Positions 9,156 to 17,261 of a stretch of DNA of 56,987 nucleotides are shown here, piece by piece (position 1 is the stretch's first letter; each line of letters opens with the position of its first letter). The stretch is from NCBI GenBank assembly GCA_964419905.1, contig CAYQSE010000010.1, positions 1 through 56,987 of the forward strand, read 5' to 3'. The translations under genes were made by a program, and so were the position numbers. The notes under the pieces were generated by a model. That model saw only the letters and a program-made list of their open reading frames with translations. It was not told the origin of the DNA and ran no database searches. This DNA comes from an uncultured Enterobacteriaceae bacterium (GTDB lineage Bacteria; Myxococcota_A; UBA796; GCA-2862545).

Positions 9156-9185
9156 TTGACCATGGAGGGGTGGAGCGCCTATATG
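9156..9185 (+). promoter_or_regulatory. sigma70-like promoter: -35 TTGACC (9156-9161), 17-18 nt spacer, -10 CTATAT/TATATG (9179-9185)
   Basis: AT-rich island in a 70% GC context. GGAGAG RBS at 9214-9219 and ATG at 9225 follow. Confidence 0.4.
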
Positions 9186-9224
9186 TGCCCACTTCATACT
9201 TGGGCCCCCTCGTGGAGAGCTGAA

Positions 9225-10379
9225 ATGCTGCGCTCGTTCACTCCCCTCCTGCTGCTGGTCGCGGCGGCCTGTGCGCCCCAGAACGCGCAGCTCACCGAAG
9301 GCCAGTACACGGCGTTCATGCCGCTCCGTAGCTCCCGCACGCTGTTCGAGGGCCGGATCAAGCCCGAGAACGCCGACGAGAGCTGGGCCGTCGACTGTCG
9401 GAACGATCCCCCGATCCCCGGCGCGCTCGACATCTGCGACAGCCGTCAGACCTGGCCGCCCGTTCACGAGCAGTGGCTGGTCCGCGACGCCTACCAGGTG
9501 ATCTCCGAGCCGCTCGATCCGTGGCGCGGCGAGGCGATCATCACCTCGGAAGGCGACATGCAGGTCACCTTCCACCAGCGGCTCCCGGGCGGTCCCGACT
9601 TCTTCTTCGCCTTCGTCGTCAACCCCGACTTCTACCCGACGCGCTGCACGCAGGACGCCGACGGCGAGCTGGTTCGGGTGCCGATCGACGGCGAGGACTG
9701 GCTCGAGAAGTGGTCCGAGGATGTCGACAGCGGCACGCTGTACTACCTGAACTCCGGCGCCTACCAGTTCGACCCGACCGCGACCGATCGCGTGTGGGCG
9801 CTGCCGCAGGAGTGGCGCGCGGGCTTCTCGTCCGCCCGCTTCGGCGCCGAGGATCTCTCGATCCGCCGCATCCGCTACGGCCTGCCGAGCGCCTACACCT
9901 CGTTCGAGTCCGAGGAGACCGAGCTCGATGCGGCCGCCCTGTTCTACACGGACATGGACGTCGGCACCGATCCGACCACCTACGGGCCGTTCCAGGAGCA
10001 GATCGCCCGGGTGGAGGGCGTGGCCGAGGCGGTCACCGAGGAGCTCACCAACGTGAACCTCACGCACTTCGCGCCGCGGGTCCACACCAACGAGTGGCGC
10101 GCGCCCGACGGTCTGCCGTCTGGCATCGATTCCTGGGTCGAGCTGCACTATGCGTGGGTTCACTTCGATGATGGCGCCGATCTCGCGGTCGGCGGCTCGG
10201 CATCGGGCTCGTTCGCGCTCGTCTACGACGCGCAGACCTCCCAGACCCGTGTGTTCGTGACCGGCTCGTTCGAGATCCCGCGCATCAAGCGCGATCGCTG
10301 GGTCACCGACGACGTTCGCGCGGCGAAGTTCGAGGAGTCCGGCACCACGCTGTGCGGCCTCACACCGGACCAGCTCTAG
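9225..10379 (+). CDS. hypothetical lipoprotein
   Basis: MLRSFTPLLLLVAAAC lipobox signal. No recognised domain. The 3' end overlaps the convergent methyltransferase by 20 nt. Confidence 0.6.
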   Translation: MLRSFTPLLLLVAAACAPQNAQLTEGQYTAFMPLRSSRTLFEGRIKPENADESWAVDCRNDPPIPGALDICDSRQTWPPVHEQWLVRDAYQVISEPLDPWRGEAIITSEGDMQVTFHQRLPGGPDFFFAFVVNPDFYPTRCTQDADGELVRVPIDGEDWLEKWSEDVDSGTLYYLNSGAYQFDPTATDRVWALPQEWRAGFSSARFGAEDLSIRRIRYGLPSAYTSFESEETELDAAALFYTDMDVGTDPTTYGPFQEQIARVEGVAEAVTEELTNVNLTHFAPRVHTNEWRAPDGLPSGIDSWVELHYAWVHFDDGADLAVGGSASGSFALVYDAQTSQTRVFVTGSFEIPRIKRDRWVTDDVRAAKFEESGTTLCGLTPDQL

Positions 10380-11148
10380 CCGCGTCGTCGCGCGGCGCGG
10401 TCACCAGGACCCACTTCGTGGCGTGCGCGTTCAGCGCGCGCCCATGGAAGTCGCTCGCCTCGGCGATCACCTCGAAGCCGGCCCAGTCGAGGAGCGCGCG
10501 GAGCTCCTGCGGGTAGAACATCCGCAGGTCCAGGTGCACCTCGTGCGGGGCTCCGTCTCCGCGGTCGTAGACGTAGTGGACATGGTGGATCTGCGTCAGG
10601 GGATCCCAGGCGCTCTGCTCCCACGACGCGATCGTCTCGCCGTCGCGCGGGTCGATGAACGTGCGCTCGCCGTAGCGTTGCGCCGGGTCGCGCGCGTAGA
10701 GCTCGGGGAAGGGCAGGTACATGTCGAACGCGAACCGTCCCCCGGGCAGCAGCACCTCGCGCACGCCTCGCAGCAGCGCGAGCACGTCGCGGTGGTCGCG
10801 GCAGTGGTGGATCGTGTTGAACGGCAGGATCACCAGCGGGTAGCGCGGCGGGCCCGAGAGCTGTCGGAAGTCGCCCCGCTCGACGTGCAGCCGGCTCCGC
10901 ACGGCGTCGGGCTGCGCGTGCCGCTTCCGCTCCAGGTCGGCCAGCATGCCCGGGTTCGCGTCGACCCCGTGCACCTCGACCCCCGACTGCGCGATCGCGA
11001 GCGTGATCCGGCCGTTGCCGCAGCCGAGCTCGAGCACCGGGCCGCCGACACGCTGCGCGAGCCCGATGTAGTACGGGATGTCCTCGAGGTGGTCGGCATA
11101 CTCGAGGTCGTAGTGCAGCGGGCTCGCGTACGGATCGTCGTTGGGCAT
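10360..11148 (-). CDS. class I SAM-dependent methyltransferase
   Basis: VLELGCGNGRITLAIA (glycine-rich SAM motif I). Acidic motif II and motif III follow, ending at VLLPGGRFAFD. ATG at 11148. Confidence 0.8.
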   Translation of the reverse strand: MPNDDPYASPLHYDLEYADHLEDIPYYIGLAQRVGGPVLELGCGNGRITLAIAQSGVEVHGVDANPGMLADLERKRHAQPDAVRSRLHVERGDFRQLSGPPRYPLVILPFNTIHHCRDHRDVLALLRGVREVLLPGGRFAFDMYLPFPELYARDPAQRYGERTFIDPRDGETIASWEQSAWDPLTQIHHVHYVYDRGDGAPHEVHLDLRMFYPQELRALLDWAGFEVIAEASDFHGRALNAHATKWVLVTAPRDDAARAGPV

Positions 11149-11223
11149 GACGCGGAGCATGGCACGGCGCCGCGCGCCTCGCGACGGCGGTTGAGGTAGA
11201 GAGGGTGCTCGGCGTACCCTCGG

Positions 11224-12861
11224 ATGGCTTACCTCGGCGTAGGGAGCGAGCGCTTGTCAGGTCTGCTTCGCATCGACGGCCACACGCTCGACCTGTCCGA
11301 CGTCGTCTCCGTGGCGCGACAGTCGCGCGGCACCGTGCTCGACGCGGACGCGCGGACGCGGATGGAGGCCAGCTGCGCGTGGGTCGAGCAGGTCGCGGCG
11401 GGTGCGATCCGCGACGCGGACGGGGCGCCCCTCTCCGTCTACGGCGTGAACACCGGGTTCGGCTCGCTCGCGCGGATCGCGATCGACGGCAGCCAGAGCC
11501 GCATGCTGTCGTGGAACCTGATGCAGTCGCACGCCGCGGGCGTAGGGCCGCGGGTGGCGCCGGACGTCACCCGCGCGATGATGCTGCTGCGCGCGAACGC
11601 GCTCGCGAAGGGGGCCTCGGGCTGTCGCCCCGCGCTGGTCGAGACGATCCTCGCGATGCTCGATCGCGACGTCGTGCCCGAGGTGCCTTCCCAGGGCTCG
11701 TGCGGCTCGTCCGGCGACCTCGCGCCGCTCGCGCACCTGGCCCTCGTCGTGTTTCGTGGGCCCGAGGAGGAGGGCGACAGCGGGTGGGCGTGGCATCGCG
11801 GCGAGCGCCTGCGGGGCGCGGACGCGATGGCGCGCGCGGGCATCCCGCGCCTCGTGCCGCAGCACAAGGACGGGCTGGCGATGTGCAACGGCAGCCAGCT
11901 GACCACCGCGTACGCGACGCTGGCATGCGAGGACGCGGCGCTGCTGCTTCACGCCGCCGAGATCGCCGCCGCGATGAGCTGGGAGGCGCTGCGTGGGGTC
12001 ACCCGCTGCCTGCTGCCCGAGGTGCACGCGCTGCGCCCCTACCCAGGCAGCCAGGCGGTCGCCGCGGATCTGACCCGGCTGCTCGAGGGCAGCGCGCTGA
12101 CCGACTCGCTGCCGGGCAAGGTGCAGGACGCCTACGCGCTGCGCTGCACGCCCGAGGTGCTCGGCGCGGTGCGCGACGCGATGCGCTATGCGCGCTCGCA
12201 GGTGCGCGTCGAGCTGAACGCCGCGACCGACAACCCGCTGGTGCTGCTCGGGCTCGACGACGCGAACAAGGCGGTCTCGGCGGGCTTGTTCCACGGCGAG
12301 CCGGTCGGGATGGCGTGCGACCACCTCAAGCTCGCGCTGTGCGAGCTCGGCGCGCTCTCGGAGCGGCGCACCTATCGGCTGACCACCGGCTCGCTCTCGG
12401 CGCGCCTGCCCGCGGCGCTGGTGCGCTCGGATCGACCCGGCATGGGGCTGATGGTGCCGCAGACGACCGCCGCGGCGCTGGTGAGCGAGAACCGCTCGCT
12501 CGCCTGGCCGGCGTCGGCCGACTCGATCCCGACGTGCGAGGACCAGGAGGATCACGTCGCGATGTCGACCACCGCCGCGCGACGGGCCGCCGAGGTCGCG
12601 CGCAACGCCCGTCGGATCGTCGCGGTGGAGCTGCTGGCTGCGGCGAGCGGGCTGTGGTGGCGGCAGGCCGAGGAGGGGGTGACGACGCTCGGGCGCGGCA
12701 CTCGCGCGGCTCTCGCGGTGATCGAGGCCGCGATCGGGCGCACCGGCCTCGGGGCGCCGTCCGAGGAGATCGCTGCGCTCGACGAGGTGCTCGTGCGCGG
12801 AACCCTCGTCGCGGCGGTGCAAGACGCGATCGGGCCGCTTCGTGGGGTGGATGATGCCTGA
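11224..12861 (+). CDS. histidine/aromatic amino acid ammonia-lyase family protein with Ser-Ser-Gly at the MIO position
   Basis: YGVNTGFGSLA (Tyr loop), GSCGSSGDLAPLAHL (MIO segment, canonical ASG replaced by SSG), NPLV, and full-length HAL architecture. Confidence 0.85.
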   Translation: MAYLGVGSERLSGLLRIDGHTLDLSDVVSVARQSRGTVLDADARTRMEASCAWVEQVAAGAIRDADGAPLSVYGVNTGFGSLARIAIDGSQSRMLSWNLMQSHAAGVGPRVAPDVTRAMMLLRANALAKGASGCRPALVETILAMLDRDVVPEVPSQGSCGSSGDLAPLAHLALVVFRGPEEEGDSGWAWHRGERLRGADAMARAGIPRLVPQHKDGLAMCNGSQLTTAYATLACEDAALLLHAAEIAAAMSWEALRGVTRCLLPEVHALRPYPGSQAVAADLTRLLEGSALTDSLPGKVQDAYALRCTPEVLGAVRDAMRYARSQVRVELNAATDNPLVLLGLDDANKAVSAGLFHGEPVGMACDHLKLALCELGALSERRTYRLTTGSLSARLPAALVRSDRPGMGLMVPQTTAAALVSENRSLAWPASADSIPTCEDQEDHVAMSTTAARRAAEVARNARRIVAVELLAAASGLWWRQAEEGVTTLGRGTRAALAVIEAAIGRTGLGAPSEEIAALDEVLVRGTLVAAVQDAIGPLRGVDDA

Positions 12862-14335
12862 TCCGATCGGGATCGACGGCGGCTCGCTCACCTGTGCCCC
12901 GCTGGCCGCGGTCGCCGCCGGCGCGCCGGTGGCGCTCGACGAGGCCGCGCGGGCGCGCATGGAGGAGAGCGCCGCGTGGTACCGCGCTCAGGGCATCCCC
13001 AACGTGCTCCGGGCGAAGTGGTCGATCCTGGTGGGTGGTGCTGCGCCCGAGGACGACGCGCGTCTGATCCGGGACTTCGTGCTCGGGCACTGCGCGGGCG
13101 TCGGCGACCCGCTGCCGCCCGAAGCCGTGCGCGCGACGATGCTCGCGCGCGCCAACGTGCTGGCGACCGGCGCCTCGGGCGCGAGGGCCCGCTGTGTCGA
13201 TGTGCTGCTCGCGATGCTGAACGCCGGCGTCGTGCCGGTGGTGCCCGCGCAGGGCTCGGTGGGCGCGGCGGGCGACCTCGCGCCGCTCGCGCACATCTGC
13301 AGGGTCGCGTGCGGGTGGGGGGGCCAGGCGTGGCGCGACGGCGTGCTGCGCCCGGCGGCCGACGCGATGGTCGGGCTGCCGCGCATGGCACCAGACGACA
13401 AGGAGGCGCTGTCGCTGATCAACGGCGCGACGCTGACGGCTGCGCTCGCGGCGCTGGCGTGCGTCCGTGCGGAGCGACTGCTCGAGACCGCCGAGTCGGC
13501 GTGTGCGCTGTCCTTCGAGGTGAACCGCGCCGACCTCGGCTGCCTGCACCCGCGCGCGCTCGCTTCGCGCCGGCACCCCGGCGGGGTGCGGGTCGCGACG
13601 CGGCTCGCGGCGCTGCTCGACGGCAGCGCGCTGGTGCACTTCGGCCGCCGACCCGATCCGTTCTCGGTGCGCTGCGCGCCCGCGGTGCTCGGCGCGGCGG
13701 TCGATGCGCTCGCCTACGTGCGCGGGATCGTGGAGGACGAGCTGAACGGCGCGTGCGACAACCCGCTCGTGTTCCCGGACGCCGGCGTGTTCGAGGCGGG
13801 CAACTTCCATGGCGCGCCGACCGCGCTCGCGATGGACCACCTGAAGGTGGCCCTCGTGCAGGTCGCCTCGATCGCCGAGCGGCGCGTGTTCCGGATGACC
13901 TATGGCCAGCTCTCGGGGCTGCCGAGCTATCTCGCGCGCGACAACGGTATGAACAGCGGCCTGATGCTCGCGCAGTACACGGCGGCGTCGCTGGTCAGCG
14001 AGTGCAAGGGCAAGGCGTTCCCCGCCTCGGTCGACTCGATCCCCACGATTCAGCACTACGAGGACCACGTCTCGATGGGGCCGATCGCGGCCCGCGGCGC
14101 GCTCGACATCCTGGAAGCGGTGGCCGACGTGCTCGCCATCGAGCTGATCTGCGCGGCCCAGGGGCTCGAGTTCCACGGCCCGGAGCGGGCCGCGCCGGCG
14201 ACGCGCGCGCTGCATGCGGCCGTGCGGGAGGAAGTCGCGCCGTGGGATCGCGACCGCGCGCTGTACCCGGATCTAGACGCGATCGGGGCCGCGGTGCGCG
14301 CCGGACGCTTCACGCACGCGCCCGGGCCGTGGTGA
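12851..14335 (+). CDS. ammonia-lyase-like paralog lacking MIO serine (Ala-Ala-Gly), probable non-catalytic subunit
   Basis: GSVGAAGDLAPLAHI replaces ASG. The N-terminal YG.NTGFG Tyr-loop is missing. The C-terminal HAL fold is conserved (NPLVF, IPTIQHYEDHVSMG). The start overlaps the upstream stop (ATG 12851/12854, GTG 12842). Confidence 0.8.
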   Translation: MMPDPIGIDGGSLTCAPLAAVAAGAPVALDEAARARMEESAAWYRAQGIPNVLRAKWSILVGGAAPEDDARLIRDFVLGHCAGVGDPLPPEAVRATMLARANVLATGASGARARCVDVLLAMLNAGVVPVVPAQGSVGAAGDLAPLAHICRVACGWGGQAWRDGVLRPAADAMVGLPRMAPDDKEALSLINGATLTAALAALACVRAERLLETAESACALSFEVNRADLGCLHPRALASRRHPGGVRVATRLAALLDGSALVHFGRRPDPFSVRCAPAVLGAAVDALAYVRGIVEDELNGACDNPLVFPDAGVFEAGNFHGAPTALAMDHLKVALVQVASIAERRVFRMTYGQLSGLPSYLARDNGMNSGLMLAQYTAASLVSECKGKAFPASVDSIPTIQHYEDHVSMGPIAARGALDILEAVADVLAIELICAAQGLEFHGPERAAPATRALHAAVREEVAPWDRDRALYPDLDAIGAAVRAGRFTHAPGPW

Positions 14336-15566
14336 GCGGGGCGCCAGCGCTCGACCACGTCGGTGCCCACCGCAGCAGCCACATCGCCGACAGCGCGGTG
14401 AACGCGACCAGGAGCACGGCCCACGGCGCGGCGGGAGGCCACGCGATCGCCCACGCGAGCGCGAGGGAACCGACCGCGCCGAGCCGAAACGCCTCGGACG
14501 GCACCGCCCAGGCGCGATGCTCGAACAGCCCGCCCCAGTTCAGGGTCGCCCACACGATCGCCGCGGCGGCGGGCGCGAGCAGCGTCCACGGCGCGGTCTC
14601 CTCGACCCACAGCACGGTGGTCACCGCGATGGCGACCACGCCGAAGTGCGCGAGCACGTAGGGCGCGAGACCCGGCGCGGTCGGCGTGTCGAACTTCACG
14701 AACGTCTCGGGCGAGACGTCGGCGGGCCCAGGCAGCGCCGGGCGCCCGGGCGCGCGCCACTCGGGCGGTCGGAAGAACACCCCGATCTTGTCGACCCAGC
14801 GCTCGGACTCCCGCGCCTCGCGCAGCAGGTACGCCCAGTGCTCGAAGTTCGCCCACACCGGGTTCCACGACGAGAACCGCTTGATCGTGCCGTAGCAGGC
14901 GGGCTCGGTCTCGGGCTCGAACGTGCCGAACAGGCGGTCCCAGACGATGAGCACGCCAGCGTAGTTCTTGTCGACGTAGCGGGGGTTGATGCCGTGGTGG
15001 ACGCGGTGGTGCGACGGCGTGTTCAGCACCCACTCGAGCGGACCGAGGCGCCGCACCGTCTCGGTGTGGATCCAGAACTGGTACAGCGTGTTCAGCGCGT
15101 CGTTCACCAGATAGACCACCGGCGGGATGCCGAGTAGCGCGAGCGGCCACGCGAACGGCGCGTGCGTGGCGCTGCTGAACCACGCCTGGCGCAAGGCCAC
15201 CGCGAGGTTGTAGTCCTGGCTCTGGTGGTGCGGGACGTGGGTGGCCCAGACGAGATGGACGCGGTGGCTCGCGCGATGCCAGGCGTAGTACGCGAGGTCG
15301 ACGAGCAGCGCCGCGAGCACCCACACCGCCCAGTGCCCGGCGGGCAGATCGAACAGGCGCACGCTGTCGTAGATCGCGATGTAGCCGGCGAACACCGCCA
15401 CCTTGAGGAACACGCCCACGACCTGGCTGCCGATCCCGCAGGACAGGTCGGTGATCGCGTCGTTGAGCCGGTAGACCCGTCGCCCCTGCCAGCGAGACAC
15501 GAGCAGCTCGACCCCGATGAGCAGGAAGAACAGCGGGATCGCGACGGCGATGAGGTTGATCTCCAC
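14310..15566 (-). CDS. fatty acid hydroxylase / sterol desaturase superfamily membrane enzyme
   Basis: Three His boxes: WHRASHRVH, HVPHHQS, HHRVHHG. Hydrophobic N-terminus and a Trp-rich C-terminal membrane extension. GTG start at 15566 with GAGGAGG RBS. Confidence 0.8.
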   Translation of the reverse strand: MEINLIAVAIPLFFLLIGVELLVSRWQGRRVYRLNDAITDLSCGIGSQVVGVFLKVAVFAGYIAIYDSVRLFDLPAGHWAVWVLAALLVDLAYYAWHRASHRVHLVWATHVPHHQSQDYNLAVALRQAWFSSATHAPFAWPLALLGIPPVVYLVNDALNTLYQFWIHTETVRRLGPLEWVLNTPSHHRVHHGINPRYVDKNYAGVLIVWDRLFGTFEPETEPACYGTIKRFSSWNPVWANFEHWAYLLREARESERWVDKIGVFFRPPEWRAPGRPALPGPADVSPETFVKFDTPTAPGLAPYVLAHFGVVAIAVTTVLWVEETAPWTLLAPAAAAIVWATLNWGGLFEHRAWAVPSEAFRLGAVGSLALAWAIAWPPAAPWAVLLVAFTALSAMWLLRWAPTWSSAGAPLTTARARA

Positions 15567-15636
15567 CTGGCCTCCTCGGGCGAGATGACGGATCCGTCCG
15601 CGTCGCGATAGGGTACGCGCCGCGATGGAGGGTGGT

Positions 15637-16662
15637 GTGAAGAGTTTGCTTGCAAGCCTGATCGTCGCGATGTCGCTGGTCGGCTGCGCGCGGAGCCTTC
15701 CCCCCAACGTCGCGCCGGATGGGCAGGTCAAGGCGGTGACCGCGGACGGCTGGGTGCTGCCGCTGCGGCACTACGCGGGCCCGGGCGCGCCGGTGCTGCT
15801 CGTTCACGGGATGGGCGCGAACCACTACAACTGGGACTACCGCGACGAGGTGTCGCTCGCGGTCTACCTGCAGGAGGAAGGGTTCGACGTGTGGGTGCCG
15901 GAGCTTCGCGGTGATCCGGGCGCACGCCCGCCGTCGCGCGCCGCCGCGCGCTCGTTCTCGTTCGACGCGCACGCGGACTACGATCTGCCGGCGGTCGTCG
16001 ACGCGGTGCGTGAGGTCACCGGCGCCGATCAGGTCGCTTGGGTCGGCCACAGCATGGGCGGGATGCTCCTCTACACCGCGCTCGTCCGCTACCCGGAGAA
16101 GATCTCCGCGGGCGTCGCGGTGTGCTCGCCGGGCGAGCTGACCACGCTCGGACCGCTGCAGCGCAGCGTGCGCGGGCTCGGCTGGGCGGTGCGGGGCGAC
16201 GGGCTGATCCGCTCGACGGGCCTCGTGAAGCTCGTCGCGCCGCTCGGGCGAGCCAACCCGCTCTACGGCAAGCTCGCGAACCGCGCCAACCTCGACTATC
16301 CGGTGGCCAACGGGCTCGCGCGGCACGCGCTCGTCGACATGACGCGCCCGATGGCGCGACAGGCGACCACCTGGGTCAAGCGCCGCACCATCGTGCGCGA
16401 GGACGGCACGCCGTGGTTCCCCACGCTCGACGCCCAGGTGCCGACCTTGCTGCTCGGTGGCTCGGTCGACAAGATCGTGCCGGAGCCCAATGTCGCTGCG
16501 ACCTGCGCGCGGATGGCCGACTGCACCTACCAGGTGCTCGGTACCGCTGGAGGGCTGTCCACCGAGTACGGTCACGTCGACCCGATCGTCGGCCGTACGG
16601 CGCGAGACGAGGTCTACCCGCTGATCGGATCGTTCCTCGCGGGCCACGTCGTCAGGCCCTGA
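15637..16662 (+). CDS. alpha/beta hydrolase lipoprotein
   Basis: MKSLLASLIVAMSLVGC lipobox (GTG 15637 after GGAGGG; alternative ATG 15625). HGMGANHY oxyanion region and GHSMGG nucleophile elbow. Confidence 0.75.
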   Translation: MKSLLASLIVAMSLVGCARSLPPNVAPDGQVKAVTADGWVLPLRHYAGPGAPVLLVHGMGANHYNWDYRDEVSLAVYLQEEGFDVWVPELRGDPGARPPSRAAARSFSFDAHADYDLPAVVDAVREVTGADQVAWVGHSMGGMLLYTALVRYPEKISAGVAVCSPGELTTLGPLQRSVRGLGWAVRGDGLIRSTGLVKLVAPLGRANPLYGKLANRANLDYPVANGLARHALVDMTRPMARQATTWVKRRTIVREDGTPWFPTLDAQVPTLLLGGSVDKIVPEPNVAATCARMADCTYQVLGTAGGLSTEYGHVDPIVGRTARDEVYPLIGSFLAGHVVRP

Positions 16663-16676
16663 CCGCGTTACCGCGG

Positions 16677-17126
16677 GTGGCGAGGCGGGCCTGGCCGTGC
16701 CATGTTCCCGCCCAACGCACGACGGGAGGGCGCCTGTCCGAGTCCGCGCCAGTTCGCATCTTGGTGGTCGAGGACGACGACGACGTCGGCGAGCTGCTCG
16801 AGATGGCGCTGACGTCGCTGGTCGGCAACGTGCGGACCGAGCGTGCTGCGAACGGGCTGATCGCGCTCAGACGCATCGAGGAGGACGCGCCGTACGATCT
16901 GGTGCTGTGCGACATCATGATGCCGGGCCTCGACGGCGCCCGCCTGCTGCGCGACCTCGACGCGCGCCGCGCGTTCCGAGGTCAGCGGGTGTTGTTGCTC
17001 TCTGCGGTGCCCGAGAGCCAGGTGCGCGACCTGATGGAGATCACCGAGGTCGTCGGCTACCTGCAGAAGCCCGTCGACCCGATGCGCCTCGCCGAGCGCG
17101 TGCGCGACCTGCTCGCCGCCGCCTGA
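16677..17126 (+). CDS. single-domain response regulator (REC only)
   Basis: ILVVEDDDDVGELLE, YDLVLCDIMMPGLDG (phospho-Asp), LLLSAV and YLQKP motifs. Start uncertain: the first in-frame canonical start is GTG 16677. Confidence 0.7.
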   Translation: MARRAWPCHVPAQRTTGGRLSESAPVRILVVEDDDDVGELLEMALTSLVGNVRTERAANGLIALRRIEEDAPYDLVLCDIMMPGLDGARLLRDLDARRAFRGQRVLLLSAVPESQVRDLMEITEVVGYLQKPVDPMRLAERVRDLLAAA

Positions 17127-17261
17127 GGACGCTCCGGACGCGCGTCCTCGGTTGAAGGGTCGGTTCCGTCGGATCGCGGGCGCGAGTTTGGCCGACGTCC
17201 GTCAGTCGCATATGCTGGCGGCTCAGCAGACCCACCGGTCGCGAGGGGGCGCAGACCGCCG

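Noticed and set aside
6465-10163. 1232-aa minus-strand ORF spanning the protease, FG-GAP and lipoprotein genes
   Set aside because: Arg/Gly/Pro-rich low-complexity translation, antisense to well-supported genes. Typical high-GC artefact.
11257-14215. 567-aa and 629-aa minus-strand ORFs opposite the ammonia-lyase pair
   Set aside because: Antisense to genes with clear family motifs. Low-complexity Arg/His/Gly-rich translations.
14056-16647. 863-aa minus-strand ORF across the desaturase and hydrolase loci
   Set aside because: No domain signal. Overlaps two motif-supported genes on their own frames.
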